Below are positions 29,621 through 40,611 of a DNA stretch of 64,000 bases, in pieces. The notes beneath the pieces are model-generated. The model saw nothing but the letters and a program-made list of their open reading frames with translations. It was not told the origin of the DNA and did no database searches. The stretch spans positions 3,168,001 through 3,232,000 of the forward strand of contig OY764159.1 of assembly GCA_963668175.1 (NCBI GenBank), written 5' to 3'. Made by a program: the position numbers and the translations under genes. The stretch's first letter is position 1; each line of letters begins with the position of its first letter. This DNA is from Syntrophales bacterium (lineage in GTDB: Bacteria > Desulfobacterota > Syntrophia > Syntrophales > PHBD01).

Positions 29621-29720
29621 CTATTTTATCCGACGGCGCGATGTCCATATCCGGATTTCGGGAAGAGATCAGACTTTACCGAGATATTGTACCGCCGGAC
29701 CCCTTTTTCCTGTTGTCATC

Positions 29721-30503
29721 TCAGAATATCCTTTCGATCTCGTAGGCCAGTTCCGTCTTTCCCCCGTCGCCGTAGAAGCAGGTCGCATTGGGAAGAATCT
29801 CCCTGGCCCGACGCGCCAGGGCTTCCACGGCCGCAGGATCGGGGGCACGCCAGGGCAGGCCGTTGATCGGCAGGTAGGCGTCTATCCGGAGAGAAATAGA
29901 GCCGTCCACATCCGCGATGAAGGCGGCGATCCCCAGGATTTCCTCTTCGTCGACGTAGCCGGGAATGAAAACGGTTTCCGTCTTGAGGATCGGAGGATAT
30001 CGGGAGGCAATCGTCCTGAAGTTCGCCAGGATGTCCTCGTTGCCGCATCCCGTGTAATCCCTGTGAAGTGCAGGCGTAACCGCCTTGATGCTGAAGATGA
30101 CCTCGTCCAGAAGGGCCAGGGGCGGCAGCACCTTGCCGTTCGTCAAGAGAATAAAGGAAGAGCCCGAGGCCTTTTTCAGGGTCAGCAGGATATCCGGCAG
30201 AAGGGGATCGCAGACGGGCTCGGCCCCCATGAGGACGACCTGCTTAAGCGGCAGGGGGTCGAGATGTTGCCTGAGCTCGTTCATGGTCAGGAAGCGTACG
30301 GGGCGTCCGCTCCGGTAACCGCTTTCATAGATCCGGAAGCGATTCTCAGGCAGGTGGCAGTCGAAGGCCTCCTTCTTCAGGAGGCACAAACGGCAACGAA
30401 GATTGCAGCCCCAGAAGAAGAGACAGCAGACGCCGTACTCCCTGGAATAGGTGATATGGTAGACATGGGTAAGGGGCGACTGACCGCCCGGACGTGCGTT
30501 CAT
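29721..30503 (-). CDS. Radical SAM protein (PFL-activating enzyme-like)
   Basis: GCNLRCRLC, MGAEP, LTNG, HRDYTG. Confidence 0.88.
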   Translation of the reverse strand: MNARPGGQSPLTHVYHITYSREYGVCCLFFWGCNLRCRLCLLKKEAFDCHLPENRFRIYESGYRSGRPVRFLTMNELRQHLDPLPLKQVVLMGAEPVCDPLLPDILLTLKKASGSSFILLTNGKVLPPLALLDEVIFSIKAVTPALHRDYTGCGNEDILANFRTIASRYPPILKTETVFIPGYVDEEEILGIAAFIADVDGSISLRIDAYLPINGLPWRAPDPAAVEALARRAREILPNATCFYGDGGKTELAYEIERIF

Positions 30504-30763
30504 GGTATCCCCCGCAAATACCAGTCCTGGTAGCAGGCCGCGACCGACATCGACGCACTCCTTATAAGATGACACATGGGCCGTTGTCAATCTTCCCTTT
30601 TATTGCATCCGTCGGATGCGATAAGAAAAAGCCATAGCAAGGAATATTTTGATACGGAGTATGTTTCAGGGTATAATGCGTCTATCCGGATCGGGCCGTA
30701 CCGCGGCAGATTTTCTCCGTCCGCAAGGAGCCGAAACGGAAATCTTCGACAGGCAAATCGTTA

Positions 30764-31372
30764 TTGCAGATGAAAGTCATGCCCGGGAAGAATACTGTCC
30801 GCTGCCCGTGGGTCGACATGACCAAGGCCGATTACGTGGCCTATCACGACCGGGAATGGGGTGTCCCCGTTTACGACGACCGGCTGCTCTTCGAATTTAT
30901 CGTCCTCGAATCCGCCCAGGCGGGCCTGAGCTGGTACACGGTGTTGAGAAAGAGGGCCGAATACCGGAAGGCCTTCGCCCATTTCGACCCGGTGAAGGTA
31001 GCCGGGTTCGATGACGCCGGGATCGAAGCGCTCCTCAACAATCCGGGCATCATCAGAAACAGACAGAAGATCGAAGCCACGGTGAACAATGCCCGGAAAT
31101 TTCTGGAGGTCCAGGAGGCGTTCGGCCGCTTTTCCACCTATCTCTGGGACTTTGTCGGCGGCAAGCCCATCGTTCACACGATCAGGACGATCGCGGACTA
31201 CCGTCCCCGAAGCGCGGAATCGGACGCCATGGGCAAAGACCTCAAACGGAGGGGGTTCAGATTCCTCGGCTCCACGACGTGTTACGCCCTGATGCAGGCA
31301 ACAGGCATGGTCAACGACCATGCCGTGGACTGCTTCCGAAGGGCAGAGATTATGGCGGATTACGGACGCTGA
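30764..31372 (+). CDS. tag: DNA-3-methyladenine glycosylase I
   Basis: RCPW, YHDREWG, LESAQAGLSW, GMVNDHAVDC. Confidence 0.96.
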   Translation: MQMKVMPGKNTVRCPWVDMTKADYVAYHDREWGVPVYDDRLLFEFIVLESAQAGLSWYTVLRKRAEYRKAFAHFDPVKVAGFDDAGIEALLNNPGIIRNRQKIEATVNNARKFLEVQEAFGRFSTYLWDFVGGKPIVHTIRTIADYRPRSAESDAMGKDLKRRGFRFLGSTTCYALMQATGMVNDHAVDCFRRAEIMADYGR

Positions 31373-31472
31373 CCGTATCGAGTCCGTCCGCTCTGCCGGA
31401 TGATGTACCCGTATGCCCCGCTTCCACCCGGCGGCCCCTGAAACGGGTCCGCAAACCACCGGAGGTCGTCTC

Positions 31473-31895
31473 ATGCTTACACACGCCGGCTGTGTCGCCT
31501 ATCGTAAGACGGAGGACGAAACCCTCTTCGTCGTCGTTTCGTCGTCCGACGGCAGACACTGGGTCCTTCCCAAGGGTCATATCGCACCGGGCGAAAATCC
31601 GAAAGAGGCGGCGCTGCGCGAACTGGCGGAAGAGGCAGGGGTCACTGGCCGCATCGTCGCCAAAATCGGACGCGAAAAATATTCCACGGAAAAGGAGAAG
31701 GCGGTCGTGGATTATTTCCTCATCGAGGCGTCGGGATGCCGCCGTGCGGAAGAGGCGCGGACTGTCCGGTGGCTGAATGAGACGGCGGCGCGTACGACGC
31801 TGACATTCGACGGCCAGAAGAAGGCGCTCCGCCGGGGAGCCGCCATGATCGCCGACATCTCTCCCCCGGCCGGAGACGGACCGCAACAACCCTGA
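31473..31895 (+). CDS. NUDIX hydrolase
   Basis: PKGHIAPGENPKEAALRELAEEAG Nudix box. Confidence 0.92.
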   Translation: MLTHAGCVAYRKTEDETLFVVVSSSDGRHWVLPKGHIAPGENPKEAALRELAEEAGVTGRIVAKIGREKYSTEKEKAVVDYFLIEASGCRRAEEARTVRWLNETAARTTLTFDGQKKALRRGAAMIADISPPAGDGPQQP

Positions 31896-32121
31896 AAATC
31901 AAAACGTATGCCCCTGACGGCCGCTGAAAACGGCCCTGCCTCATACTTCCTCATCATGAGCGGACAACGGATAAACAAGGACATAAAGTCCTCGGCCCAC
32001 GGCGTCCGCCCCGGATCGTCGAATGCATGGCTGTCCGGACGATCAAGATATGCTCTCCTGGTTTGTTTCTTGCACAATATCCTGCTATTCATTGATCCAG
32101 GGGGGGGGGCATAAGGAAACG

Positions 32122-33516
32122 ATGAATAATATCAATCCCTTGTTTCCATCATCCCATTTTGATCCCTCCCGAGATCGTTACAATATTCGAACATCTGGAG
32201 ATAATATGCGCAATTTTGTTGCAAATGAAGGGCTTACAATCGACGCCGACGTGCTTTCTTCCATCATTGAAGACGAGATCCTCTCCACCCACTTTCAACC
32301 CATCCTTTCCGTCAAGAATCCTGCGTTTCTTGCCATGGAAGGATTGGCCCGGCCGAGAACCCCCGACGGCGCAAGTATCCCGCCGAACGTTTTCTTCGCC
32401 GCGGCAAGAACCTTTCGACGGGCGCTGGAGGCGGACCGCTTGTGCCGCGCCAGGGCCCTGGAGGCTTTTCGGGACATTCAGTCCGCCCTGCAACCGACCC
32501 GGGATCCCCTTCTTTTTCTCAACTTCGATACTTCGCTCCTGGATCAGGGGGTTGCCGGGTCCGGCGTGCTCCTTGCGCAAGCCGCCCGCTACGGCATTGC
32601 CCCCAGCCGCATCGTCATCGAGATCGTAGAGAATGCCGTGGAAGACACGGAAGCGCTGAAACAGTTCGTCGATTTCTACCGGCAGCAGGGCTTTATCATC
32701 GCTCTTGACGACGTGGGCGCAGGCCATTCCAACTTCGACCGCTTCCCCCTCATCAAGCCGGACATCATCAAGGTGGACCGTTCCATCACGAGCAACATCC
32801 AGGACGACTACTATAAACAGGAGGTATTCCGGGCCCTGGTCAAGCTGTCCCGGAAGATCGGCACGCTGATCCTGGCGGAAGGCGTGGAGACGGAAGAAGA
32901 GGTCCTCACCGTCCTCAACTGCGACGCCGATCTCCTTCAGGGCTTCTTTTTTGCCAAGCCCGCCGCATCGTGGGAAATCCTGCACAGGGATGTAGGAGAA
33001 AAGGTGCGGATCATGGCCGACAGGCTGCGGGAATCGAGGATCGGCCATATCACACGCCTGCGCAGCCAGTTTCGCCTCTACGATGAAACGATCGACCGGA
33101 TGACGTCCCTCCTTTCGACGGCCCGGCCCGACGAGTTTACGGAGCGGCTTGCGCCCTGCCTCGCCGATTTTCCCTTTATCGAGGCGGTTTATGTCCTGGA
33201 CGGGCAGGGCGTCATGGTGACCGATACGATGCTTCAGCCCGCCGCGGAAAAAAGACTGGAGAAATTGTTCCGAAAAGCGGTAAAAGGGGACGACTTGTCG
33301 CTCAAGGAATATTTTTACCTCCTCATGTTCTCGGGCCTCAAACATTATGTGACGGAGAGCTACACATCCTTAGCGACGGGGAACCTGACCCGCACGATAT
33401 CGAGCCATTTCATCGACAGCCTGGGAAGACTGTATGTCCTGTGCATCGACGTCCTGGGGGATTTATCGCCTTCCGCAGCAGGGAAGGGATTTGAGCGCTT
33501 GCAGTTCGGTTCGTGA
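32122..33516 (+). CDS. EAL domain protein with C-terminal sensor domain (YkuI-like)
   Basis: FQPI, EGLAR, LFLN, DDVGAG, KVD, EGVET, QGF; C-terminal PAS/Cache-like region. Confidence 0.9.
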   Translation: MNNINPLFPSSHFDPSRDRYNIRTSGDNMRNFVANEGLTIDADVLSSIIEDEILSTHFQPILSVKNPAFLAMEGLARPRTPDGASIPPNVFFAAARTFRRALEADRLCRARALEAFRDIQSALQPTRDPLLFLNFDTSLLDQGVAGSGVLLAQAARYGIAPSRIVIEIVENAVEDTEALKQFVDFYRQQGFIIALDDVGAGHSNFDRFPLIKPDIIKVDRSITSNIQDDYYKQEVFRALVKLSRKIGTLILAEGVETEEEVLTVLNCDADLLQGFFFAKPAASWEILHRDVGEKVRIMADRLRESRIGHITRLRSQFRLYDETIDRMTSLLSTARPDEFTERLAPCLADFPFIEAVYVLDGQGVMVTDTMLQPAAEKRLEKLFRKAVKGDDLSLKEYFYLLMFSGLKHYVTESYTSLATGNLTRTISSHFIDSLGRLYVLCIDVLGDLSPSAAGKGFERLQFGS

Positions 33517-33558
33517 AAACGCACGACAATATCCACAACAGCTGACCGAGGTATTACC

Positions 33559-34164
33559 ATGAACGTTTCCGTCCTCCTGGCACATCCCGATGCAGGGAGC
33601 TTCAATCACGCGATCGCCCGTACGGCCGTTGAGGAATTGACGCGTAACGGTCATCACGTTTTCTTCCACGACCTGTATGCCGAACGGTTCGACCCCATCC
33701 TGCCGGCATACGAAATTCCGAAAGACGCGCCGCTGCCGCCCGATATCGAGACCCATTGCCGCGAGATGGCCGAGGCGTCCGGAATCATCGTGGTCCACCC
33801 GAACTGGTGGGGACAGCCGCCGGCAATCATGAAGGGCTGGATCGATCGGGTCATCCGCGCCGGCCGGGCCTACCGGTTCGAGGAAAGCGACAAGGGCGAA
33901 GGCGTACCGGTCGGGCTGCTTGCCGGAAAGGCGGCAATGGTCTTTAACACGGCCAACACTCCGTCTGAGCGGGAACTGGAAGTCTTCGGCGATCCCCTGG
34001 AGACCCTATGGAAGAACGCCGTCTTCGGATTGTGCGGCATATCCAGGTTTCATCGCGAAATGTTTACCGTGGTCGTCACGAGCACGGGGGAAGAACGCCA
34101 AGCCTGGCTTGCGAAGGTCAGGAAAACCGTGAACGAATACTTCCCGTCGGAACGGCACCGGTAA
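33559..34164 (+). CDS. NAD(P)H-dependent oxidoreductase (flavodoxin-2 fold)
   Basis: AHPDAGSFNHA, PNWWGQPPAIMKGWIDRV. Confidence 0.93.
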   Translation: MNVSVLLAHPDAGSFNHAIARTAVEELTRNGHHVFFHDLYAERFDPILPAYEIPKDAPLPPDIETHCREMAEASGIIVVHPNWWGQPPAIMKGWIDRVIRAGRAYRFEESDKGEGVPVGLLAGKAAMVFNTANTPSERELEVFGDPLETLWKNAVFGLCGISRFHREMFTVVVTSTGEERQAWLAKVRKTVNEYFPSERHR

Positions 34165-34478
34165 CGGTTGCGTTCGGAAGTCGGCAGGTGCGGCGGGAAC
34201 GACCGGCGCCACCCTTCCGACTTATCGTGCCGGTGCGATCAACGCATCGAGGGCATCGCCATTCCGCAAATAACTTCACGTCACTATCATTATAATCTTT
34301 ATATATATTGACATTATTATAACATTGAATTATCAAGAGTTATCAAAGCATATTGACCGGGGGGGAATATGTCGTTTCATGCCGCGCCTAAACCAGCCTG
34401 CGGTCCCCTTATGATTCTCCAAGTGATCTTTGCCGTGCCTGCCGTCGCATCGCCGCCATAACCCGCAAGGAGTCCGCC

Positions 34479-35630
34479 ATGCTGAAAAAGTCCATACTGC
34501 CCTTCCTGATTATCCTGATACTCGCCGGAGCTGTTTCCTGCAGAAAACCCTACCTGCTGCCCCAGCCACTGGGAGAAATCAGCAGACAGAACGTCATTGA
34601 CAAACATTTAAGGGATAAAAGTCTTGATGACGTGGAAGGACTATGGGTCTGGGCTGATAACAATTATGAAGTAGCCATTATCAAGAATCCGTCATCGCAT
34701 AATCAACCGTGTGATTACGTGGCCATCGTTACCGACCGGAGAGATAAATACTGGTCTTTAGGCGAAACGAAAATGTTATTAAAAAAAACGGCTGCATCAA
34801 GACTGTTCTCAACAAAATACTATATGTGGGCAAAGTACGATGTCGGCACAACGTTAGTCCTTGTTCATGAAAACCTTATTGAAATGAGTCTTCCGACAGG
34901 ACGTTACGGCTTGTTGCGGAAAACACAGCTCATCAGAACGTATCCGCAAGGCAAGCCTCAGTCTGCCGCCCCGGGATCTGCTGCCACGGGAACCGGTTTC
35001 TTCATCTCCGAAGATGTCGTTGCAACGAATCACCACATCATTGAAGGGAGAAACGACATTACCGTCACCGTGAGCGGGACCAAGATACCGGCCAAGATAC
35101 TCGTCAAGGATATGATGAACGACTTGGCACTTCTAAAGGTCCTTTGGAAGACAAAAGATCAGCAGCAATCCCTGGGTTCATTTCCAGTCAACATCGGTGA
35201 TGTCCGGGAAACGAAAGAAGGCGATAAAGTCTTCTGTGTCGGCTACCCCCTGGAATCATTATTGGGAACACACGCCAAAATCAGTGAAGGCATCGTCAAC
35301 AGTGTCTTTGGCATCAAAGACGACCCGCGGGAGTTCCAGATCAGCATACCCATCCAACCGGGAAACAGCGGCAGCCCGCTGTTTAACGAGAAAGGCCAGG
35401 TCATCGGCGTCGTATCAGCCCGATTGAAGAATCTCTATTCAAATTCGAGCGAGCTCTTAGTACCCCAGAATGTCAATTTTGCAGTCAAAATAAACTATTT
35501 AGCCAACCTCACTTCCCTGGCCCCCGACAAAATCGCTCTTAAGTCCGGTATCAGCACACGGAATTATACCGCGGCCCAGATCATGTCATCCCATGGGAAA
35601 TCCGTCGTCTTCATTGAAGCAAAAAAGTGA
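34479..35630 (+). CDS. Trypsin-like serine protease lipoprotein
   Basis: Lipobox AVSC; TGTGF, TNHH, DLALL, PGNSGSP. Confidence 0.92.
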   Translation: MLKKSILPFLIILILAGAVSCRKPYLLPQPLGEISRQNVIDKHLRDKSLDDVEGLWVWADNNYEVAIIKNPSSHNQPCDYVAIVTDRRDKYWSLGETKMLLKKTAASRLFSTKYYMWAKYDVGTTLVLVHENLIEMSLPTGRYGLLRKTQLIRTYPQGKPQSAAPGSAATGTGFFISEDVVATNHHIIEGRNDITVTVSGTKIPAKILVKDMMNDLALLKVLWKTKDQQQSLGSFPVNIGDVRETKEGDKVFCVGYPLESLLGTHAKISEGIVNSVFGIKDDPREFQISIPIQPGNSGSPLFNEKGQVIGVVSARLKNLYSNSSELLVPQNVNFAVKINYLANLTSLAPDKIALKSGISTRNYTAAQIMSSHGKSVVFIEAKK

Positions 35631-35863
35631 TCTGCCTCACGGAAAAAAGCCGCCGTCTATGACAGGCTGGCCCCGTGGTTGTGGCAACGCCTATTGGGCG
35701 GGATGTCGTGGAGGCAACCGGCGATTTGCGACCTAGGGGGCGCCGTTGCCTTCACCTTCCTTCCATAGGGGTTCGCCGATTTCCCGCCCATCAGGCAACG
35801 GATCGGTGGAACCCTGAGAATATACCGGCAGCGGCATGCATGCGTTACAGGAAAGGAAAAATC

Positions 35864-36280
35864 ATGAAATCGCGATACAAACTGATCATGTACGTCATCT
35901 TTTGTATCCTTTTATTACAAGCGATTCCGGCAACGGCCGGCGACCGGGCCGACGATGCCGCTATCGCTCTCCTGCAGAGCTTTATGGCCGATCCGGCGGC
36001 CCGGGCGGATTACGCATCCCGGAATCCTCAGGCCCGGCAGGCGGAGTTGCAGCTTCAGCAATTCCCGCCGGCCGTTCAGAAAAGGATCGAACGGGTCGTG
36101 ATCATGATCATGGAGGAAAGCGGCTCCGGGGCGTCCCGGCATGTTGAGGCCGCGAAGGCATCGGGTCCGGAAGGCGCCTTCCTTTCCTTTTCGCCCGCCG
36201 TGCAACGGGAAATTGCAGCCATCGCAAGGGAGCTGGCAAAAGACCCGGAGTTCATGAAAAAAGCGGGGGCCGGGAAATAA
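35864..36280 (+). CDS. Hypothetical exported protein
   Basis: RBS GAAAGGA; signal peptide ending in ATA. Confidence 0.7.
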   Translation: MKSRYKLIMYVIFCILLLQAIPATAGDRADDAAIALLQSFMADPAARADYASRNPQARQAELQLQQFPPAVQKRIERVVIMIMEESGSGASRHVEAAKASGPEGAFLSFSPAVQREIAAIARELAKDPEFMKKAGAGK

Positions 36281-36457
36281 GCGCTAAAGTTTGAGTCATT
36301 CCTCTCTCGGCAGTCCTCACCCTCGGCGCCCGGCGGAACTGGTGCAAACCGGTCCTCCGGGCGCAACGGGGTATGGGGGCGCGACATAAGACCGGTTCTA
36401 CCCGCGGACACAGCTTTTTCTTCAGAAATTATTGCAATCGGGATGAATCAGAATAAT

Positions 36458-36490
36458 AAAAGGCAGATTCCGCTGGTATCTGCCTTTTTT
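36458..36490. terminator. Bidirectional terminator
   Basis: AAAAGGCAGAT...ATCTGCCTTTTTT. Confidence 0.75.
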
Positions 36491-36554
36491 GTCTTGTACG
36501 GGAAATGCCGGATTTTAGAGGACCCGGCTTACCCGATATGGATGGACAGTGATC

Positions 36555-36755
36555 TTACAGGGGCTTGACGTTTTCCGCCGCCGGACCCTTCTGGCCCTGG
36601 ACGATATCAAAGCTGACGCGCTGGCCTTCACTCAGCGTCTTGAAGCCGCTGGTCTGAATGGCACTGAAATGTACAAATACATCCCCGCCTTCATCTTTTT
36701 CGATGAATCCGAAACCTTTGCCTTCGTTGAACCACTTCACTTTACCTTCTGCCAT
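36555..36755 (-). CDS. cspA: Cold-shock protein
   Basis: [21 protein letters not shown]. Confidence 0.96.
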   Translation of the reverse strand: MAEGKVKWFNEGKGFGFIEKDEGGDVFVHFSAIQTSGFKTLSEGQRVSFDIVQGQKGPAAENVKPL

Positions 36756-37027
36756 AATTTGCCTCCTCCTCTCTTCGAATTTCTCTTCAGTCGGATCTCC
36801 ACTATGACAGGGTAAAAAAAACCACCGATGCCTAGATAGGATGGTGGTCTGCCTGACTTCAAACGTATCAATCCAAACTTACTTAGCAATGGGCTCATTA
36901 TCAGCCCTTTCCGCCGCTGTCAAGGACTTTTTTTACGCACAGTCATTTTTTTTGCCGTGACCCAAGCCTTATTCGTCTCTGCAGGAGGGGCCGACACAAA
37001 CCGACTGAGAAAGGGCGGAGGAGGTGT

Positions 37028-38761
37028 TCAGGCGGCCTCCGCCTTACCCATAGCGGGCTGCCATTTTCCCGTCCGGGCCGGGCGGCCGGCGGGCTTTTTC
37101 TTTTCCAGAAGAAGGGCGGCCTCATTCTTTTCGCAGAAACATGCGGGTTCGTAAGTCCAGCCGGCGGCCATCCTCGCATCTTCCCGCTTCATCAAAAAAT
37201 AGGCGTACCGGCCCACAACGGGAGTAAGCACACGGGGCATCAGGCCGAATGCGGCATAAATGTCCTTAAGGAGGCGGTCGGCGCGGTCGGCTATACGGCG
37301 GTCATTGCGATACCACTTTCTGATGACCCAGACGGCGGCTGCATAGGTCGAGCGCAGCGGATAGACCTCCCAGGCGTAACGATCCCTGACGCGGGGCGGA
37401 TCGTTCCTGTGTTTGAGCCAGCCGTCCAGCATGACGCGGATCAACCGCAGCAGGCTGGGTCCGTTAACTTTGAAGTCGCGCCGGAAGGCTTCGAGGAGAT
37501 ATGTCTCTTCCGCACCGTCTTTGATATGGGGATGGCGATAATTGAAGCGGTACTGGCCGTGGGCGTCCGCATGGGAAAATTCCGATTCCGGGAGAAGATT
37601 TCCCGCGCGTTGATGCTCGGCATAAAGCGGTGTCCCGGGAACGGGCGTATAGAGCATGAACTGATGGAACACCGTTTCATGGCTGACCGCATAATCGATG
37701 ACTGCGTCCATGTTTTCCGGCCGGTGGTCTTCCAGGCCGATGATCGACGAACCGAGGACGCGGATGCCGTGCGACTGCAATTCGGACACCAGGGTGCGGG
37801 AGTCAACGCCTTTCAGCTTGTTGTAGGCGCTCTCCTCGCCTTCCAGCCCCATCCAGACCCAGCTGATTCCCAGCCTCACCAGTTGATCGATCGTGTAAGA
37901 TTTGAGAACCCGGGCCGAACTGAAGACGAAAATCGCCCACTTCTTGTTGTGGGCCTCCATCAGTTCGAGGAGCCTGAGCGCCCTCTTCCTGTGCAGGAGG
38001 AAATTCTCGTCCAGGGTGAAAAAGGAGCGAACCTTGAGCTTCTTTTCAATGTCGCACATGACGTCAAAGAGCTCGTCGCCCGTTTCAAAGAAATGGACGC
38101 AGTTTCCCTTGCCGCCGAAGAGGGCGGACGTCGCGCAGAAGTTGCAGCCTACGGGACAGCCGACGGATGGAATGAGGATGGCCGCCGTGCCGCCGGGTCT
38201 GCCGCCGAGATCGACGCCTATGATCCGGGAGCCGAATCCGGACACGGACGCTATATGGCGTATAGGCATCTTGTCGTCCTGTCCCAGGTATCGCTGAAAC
38301 CAGCGGATGCCTTCACCGCGGACGATGATGTCGGCGTCGATCATCTCCTCAAGCCCTTCCTTGCCGGCGATATGGCCTCCGATGACGATCGTGGCCGCGG
38401 GCTGATACTGCCGGATGAGCCGGCACATCTCTTTCACTTTACCCACATTGGGAAGGATTGCGCTGATGCCGATAATATCGTAGGCGTGTTCGCGGATCTC
38501 CGCAACAAAGCGTTCGTAATCGGGGAAATCAAGAAGTGTACAGGGGGCATCGAGATTGGCCTGGATCATCATGATGCCGAAGGAACGGTGAAACATGCGG
38601 AGCGAGAACCCTCCCTGAACGCGGGTCACCTGGTTCTGATAAAGCTCCATGGGGTTTATTTTTCGGCTGCCGAATTCGTCGTCCCGGGCGTAGGGTCCGA
38701 AAACACTGGTCAGAAGAATGCGGGCGTTGGCTCCAAGGGGATGTCGAGCGTGGGTGTTCAT
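37028..38761 (-). CDS. B12-binding domain radical SAM protein
   Basis: IVIGGH cobalamin-binding region; GCPVGCNFC; TPVPGTPLY. Confidence 0.9.
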   Translation of the reverse strand: MNTHARHPLGANARILLTSVFGPYARDDEFGSRKINPMELYQNQVTRVQGGFSLRMFHRSFGIMMIQANLDAPCTLLDFPDYERFVAEIREHAYDIIGISAILPNVGKVKEMCRLIRQYQPAATIVIGGHIAGKEGLEEMIDADIIVRGEGIRWFQRYLGQDDKMPIRHIASVSGFGSRIIGVDLGGRPGGTAAILIPSVGCPVGCNFCATSALFGGKGNCVHFFETGDELFDVMCDIEKKLKVRSFFTLDENFLLHRKRALRLLELMEAHNKKWAIFVFSSARVLKSYTIDQLVRLGISWVWMGLEGEESAYNKLKGVDSRTLVSELQSHGIRVLGSSIIGLEDHRPENMDAVIDYAVSHETVFHQFMLYTPVPGTPLYAEHQRAGNLLPESEFSHADAHGQYRFNYRHPHIKDGAEETYLLEAFRRDFKVNGPSLLRLIRVMLDGWLKHRNDPPRVRDRYAWEVYPLRSTYAAAVWVIRKWYRNDRRIADRADRLLKDIYAAFGLMPRVLTPVVGRYAYFLMKREDARMAAGWTYEPACFCEKNEAALLLEKKKPAGRPARTGKWQPAMGKAEAA

Positions 38762-39307
38762 GTTGTTCTACTCCTTAAGCGGCGATGCTGTTTTTTCGTT
38801 GCCGTATCGTTAATGCATCCCGCGCCGAATGAAAAGCCCCAAGTTGCCGTTTTACAATACTTTTACAAAGTGCATGGACCTCATCCCAGCGGACCCCGGG
38901 AATTCGTCTTCGCGATCCAGCGGCCGTTGGCCACCCGTCGGTAAGCACAACCCCTGACCGCTTGCTGCCGTTCCGTCTCCGGGCGACACGTCTCCCCCCC
39001 CTCCTCTTCTCTAAACTGGATACAAAATAACCATACGGATACCCTGATATGGATACATATGACCCATATTATTATATATCAGATCGTCGCCCCCGGAGAT
39101 CATTCAAGATTATTTCATGCAATATCATGAAGTTACGAATCTTTACTCTTTATGGTTTGCTTCTTGCTCCTCTCATCGAGCAATACGGCAAGGGAGGGAA
39201 AGACCGGATCGTGACACCGGTTCCGGTAACGCATTTCGCTCATCCCATCCCGGCCGTGCGGCAGCCGCGTCATCAACACCGAATGTTCGTAAAGGGGGTA
39301 TCGAACG

Positions 39308-40564
39308 ATGTATTTTCAGATCATCACGACGTATCTGCTTTCAGGCGTCGCCTGGATTTTATTGGTGGAGTGGGGGTTGAGGATCTATTTCGCGCATATC
39401 AGACAGAAAAACTATTTCGTTCATCTTCCCAGATTGCGCAAGACATACCGCGCCATGCTGGGAATAGTTTCAGGGACGGCGCCCGTGATCCGCTTCCGCA
39501 CAAACTCGGAGGGGATCAGGGGCGATGAATTCTCGCCGGAACAGCAATACCGCATTCTCGCGGTCGGCGGCAGTTCCACGGAATGCCAGTTTCTGGACCA
39601 GGAGAAGACATGGCCGGCCCTTCTGCAAAAGAAGCTGAACAGGCAACCATCGGCACGGGTTTGGGTGGGCAATATCGGCAAGTCCGGCCTCTGTTCGCGG
39701 GAATTTTACATGCACATGAAGTACCTGCTCCCCCAATACCCGAAGATCGATACGGTCATCGTCCTCGCCAGTATCAACAATTTCGTGAGGCCCCTGATCG
39801 AGGCCGAGCGTTACGATCCCTGTTTCCTGGAACATTACGACGACTGGGAAAAGCGCCTGATCCGCGGGGCGTTTGCAAAGACGCCGTATTTCAGGAAGAA
39901 ATTCCGGTTCCGTCCCGGTTATTACGACGAAACGGCCATCGGCTTCCTCGTGAAACAGTTCCACTACCGTTACATGCAGAAGACGCTTTATAAAGATAAG
40001 AAAGAGGGGCTTCTGACCCTCCGGCGCGACCGTCTCCGTGCGTCCGAAGTCATTAATGCCCTCCCGGATTTGACGCCGGGGATCCAGGAGTATATGCACA
40101 ATCTCCACGCCATGATCGACATGGCGGCGGAAAGGTCGGTCCGCCTCGTCTTCATAACGCAGCCCACCCTTTGGAAAAAGAATATGACCGAGCGGGAAAA
40201 GGGCCTCCTGTGGAACGGATGGGCCGGAAGCAGGAAGGACCGGCGTTACTATGACGCCGATGCGCTGGCGAGCGGGATGGAGCAATACAACGGCAAGCTG
40301 AAGAAAGTCTGCCAGGCCCGCAAGGTCGAGTGCATAGACCTTGCCGCCCTGATGCCCAAGGATGCATCCGTATTCTATGACGACTGCCACTTCACCGAAT
40401 ACGGCGCACAACTGGCCGCAGACATCATTTACAAGCACCTGGCCCGCAGGGAACCCTTTCTCCACAGGCAGCGGCCCATGACGCCTCTCAATGTCCATCG
40501 CCTTTTCCCTGACCCTGCGCATGGCCGGGATATGCCGCAGAAGAGGCGGTATTCCCTGGGTTGA
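39308..40564 (+). CDS. SGNH/GDSL hydrolase family protein
   Basis: GGSST, N.GKSG, INN, DDCH. Confidence 0.85.
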   Translation: MYFQIITTYLLSGVAWILLVEWGLRIYFAHIRQKNYFVHLPRLRKTYRAMLGIVSGTAPVIRFRTNSEGIRGDEFSPEQQYRILAVGGSSTECQFLDQEKTWPALLQKKLNRQPSARVWVGNIGKSGLCSREFYMHMKYLLPQYPKIDTVIVLASINNFVRPLIEAERYDPCFLEHYDDWEKRLIRGAFAKTPYFRKKFRFRPGYYDETAIGFLVKQFHYRYMQKTLYKDKKEGLLTLRRDRLRASEVINALPDLTPGIQEYMHNLHAMIDMAAERSVRLVFITQPTLWKKNMTEREKGLLWNGWAGSRKDRRYYDADALASGMEQYNGKLKKVCQARKVECIDLAALMPKDASVFYDDCHFTEYGAQLAADIIYKHLARREPFLHRQRPMTPLNVHRLFPDPAHGRDMPQKRRYSLG

Positions 40565-40611
40565 CATATGACCATCGATTATGTTTCAACAACGGCCGAG
40601 GAGTCTCCCTT

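Noticed and set aside
27800..36500. Integron cassette array (run of unrelated stand-alone genes)
   Set aside because: Mixed orientations, own promoters and terminators, no recurring attC-like sites or integrase seen
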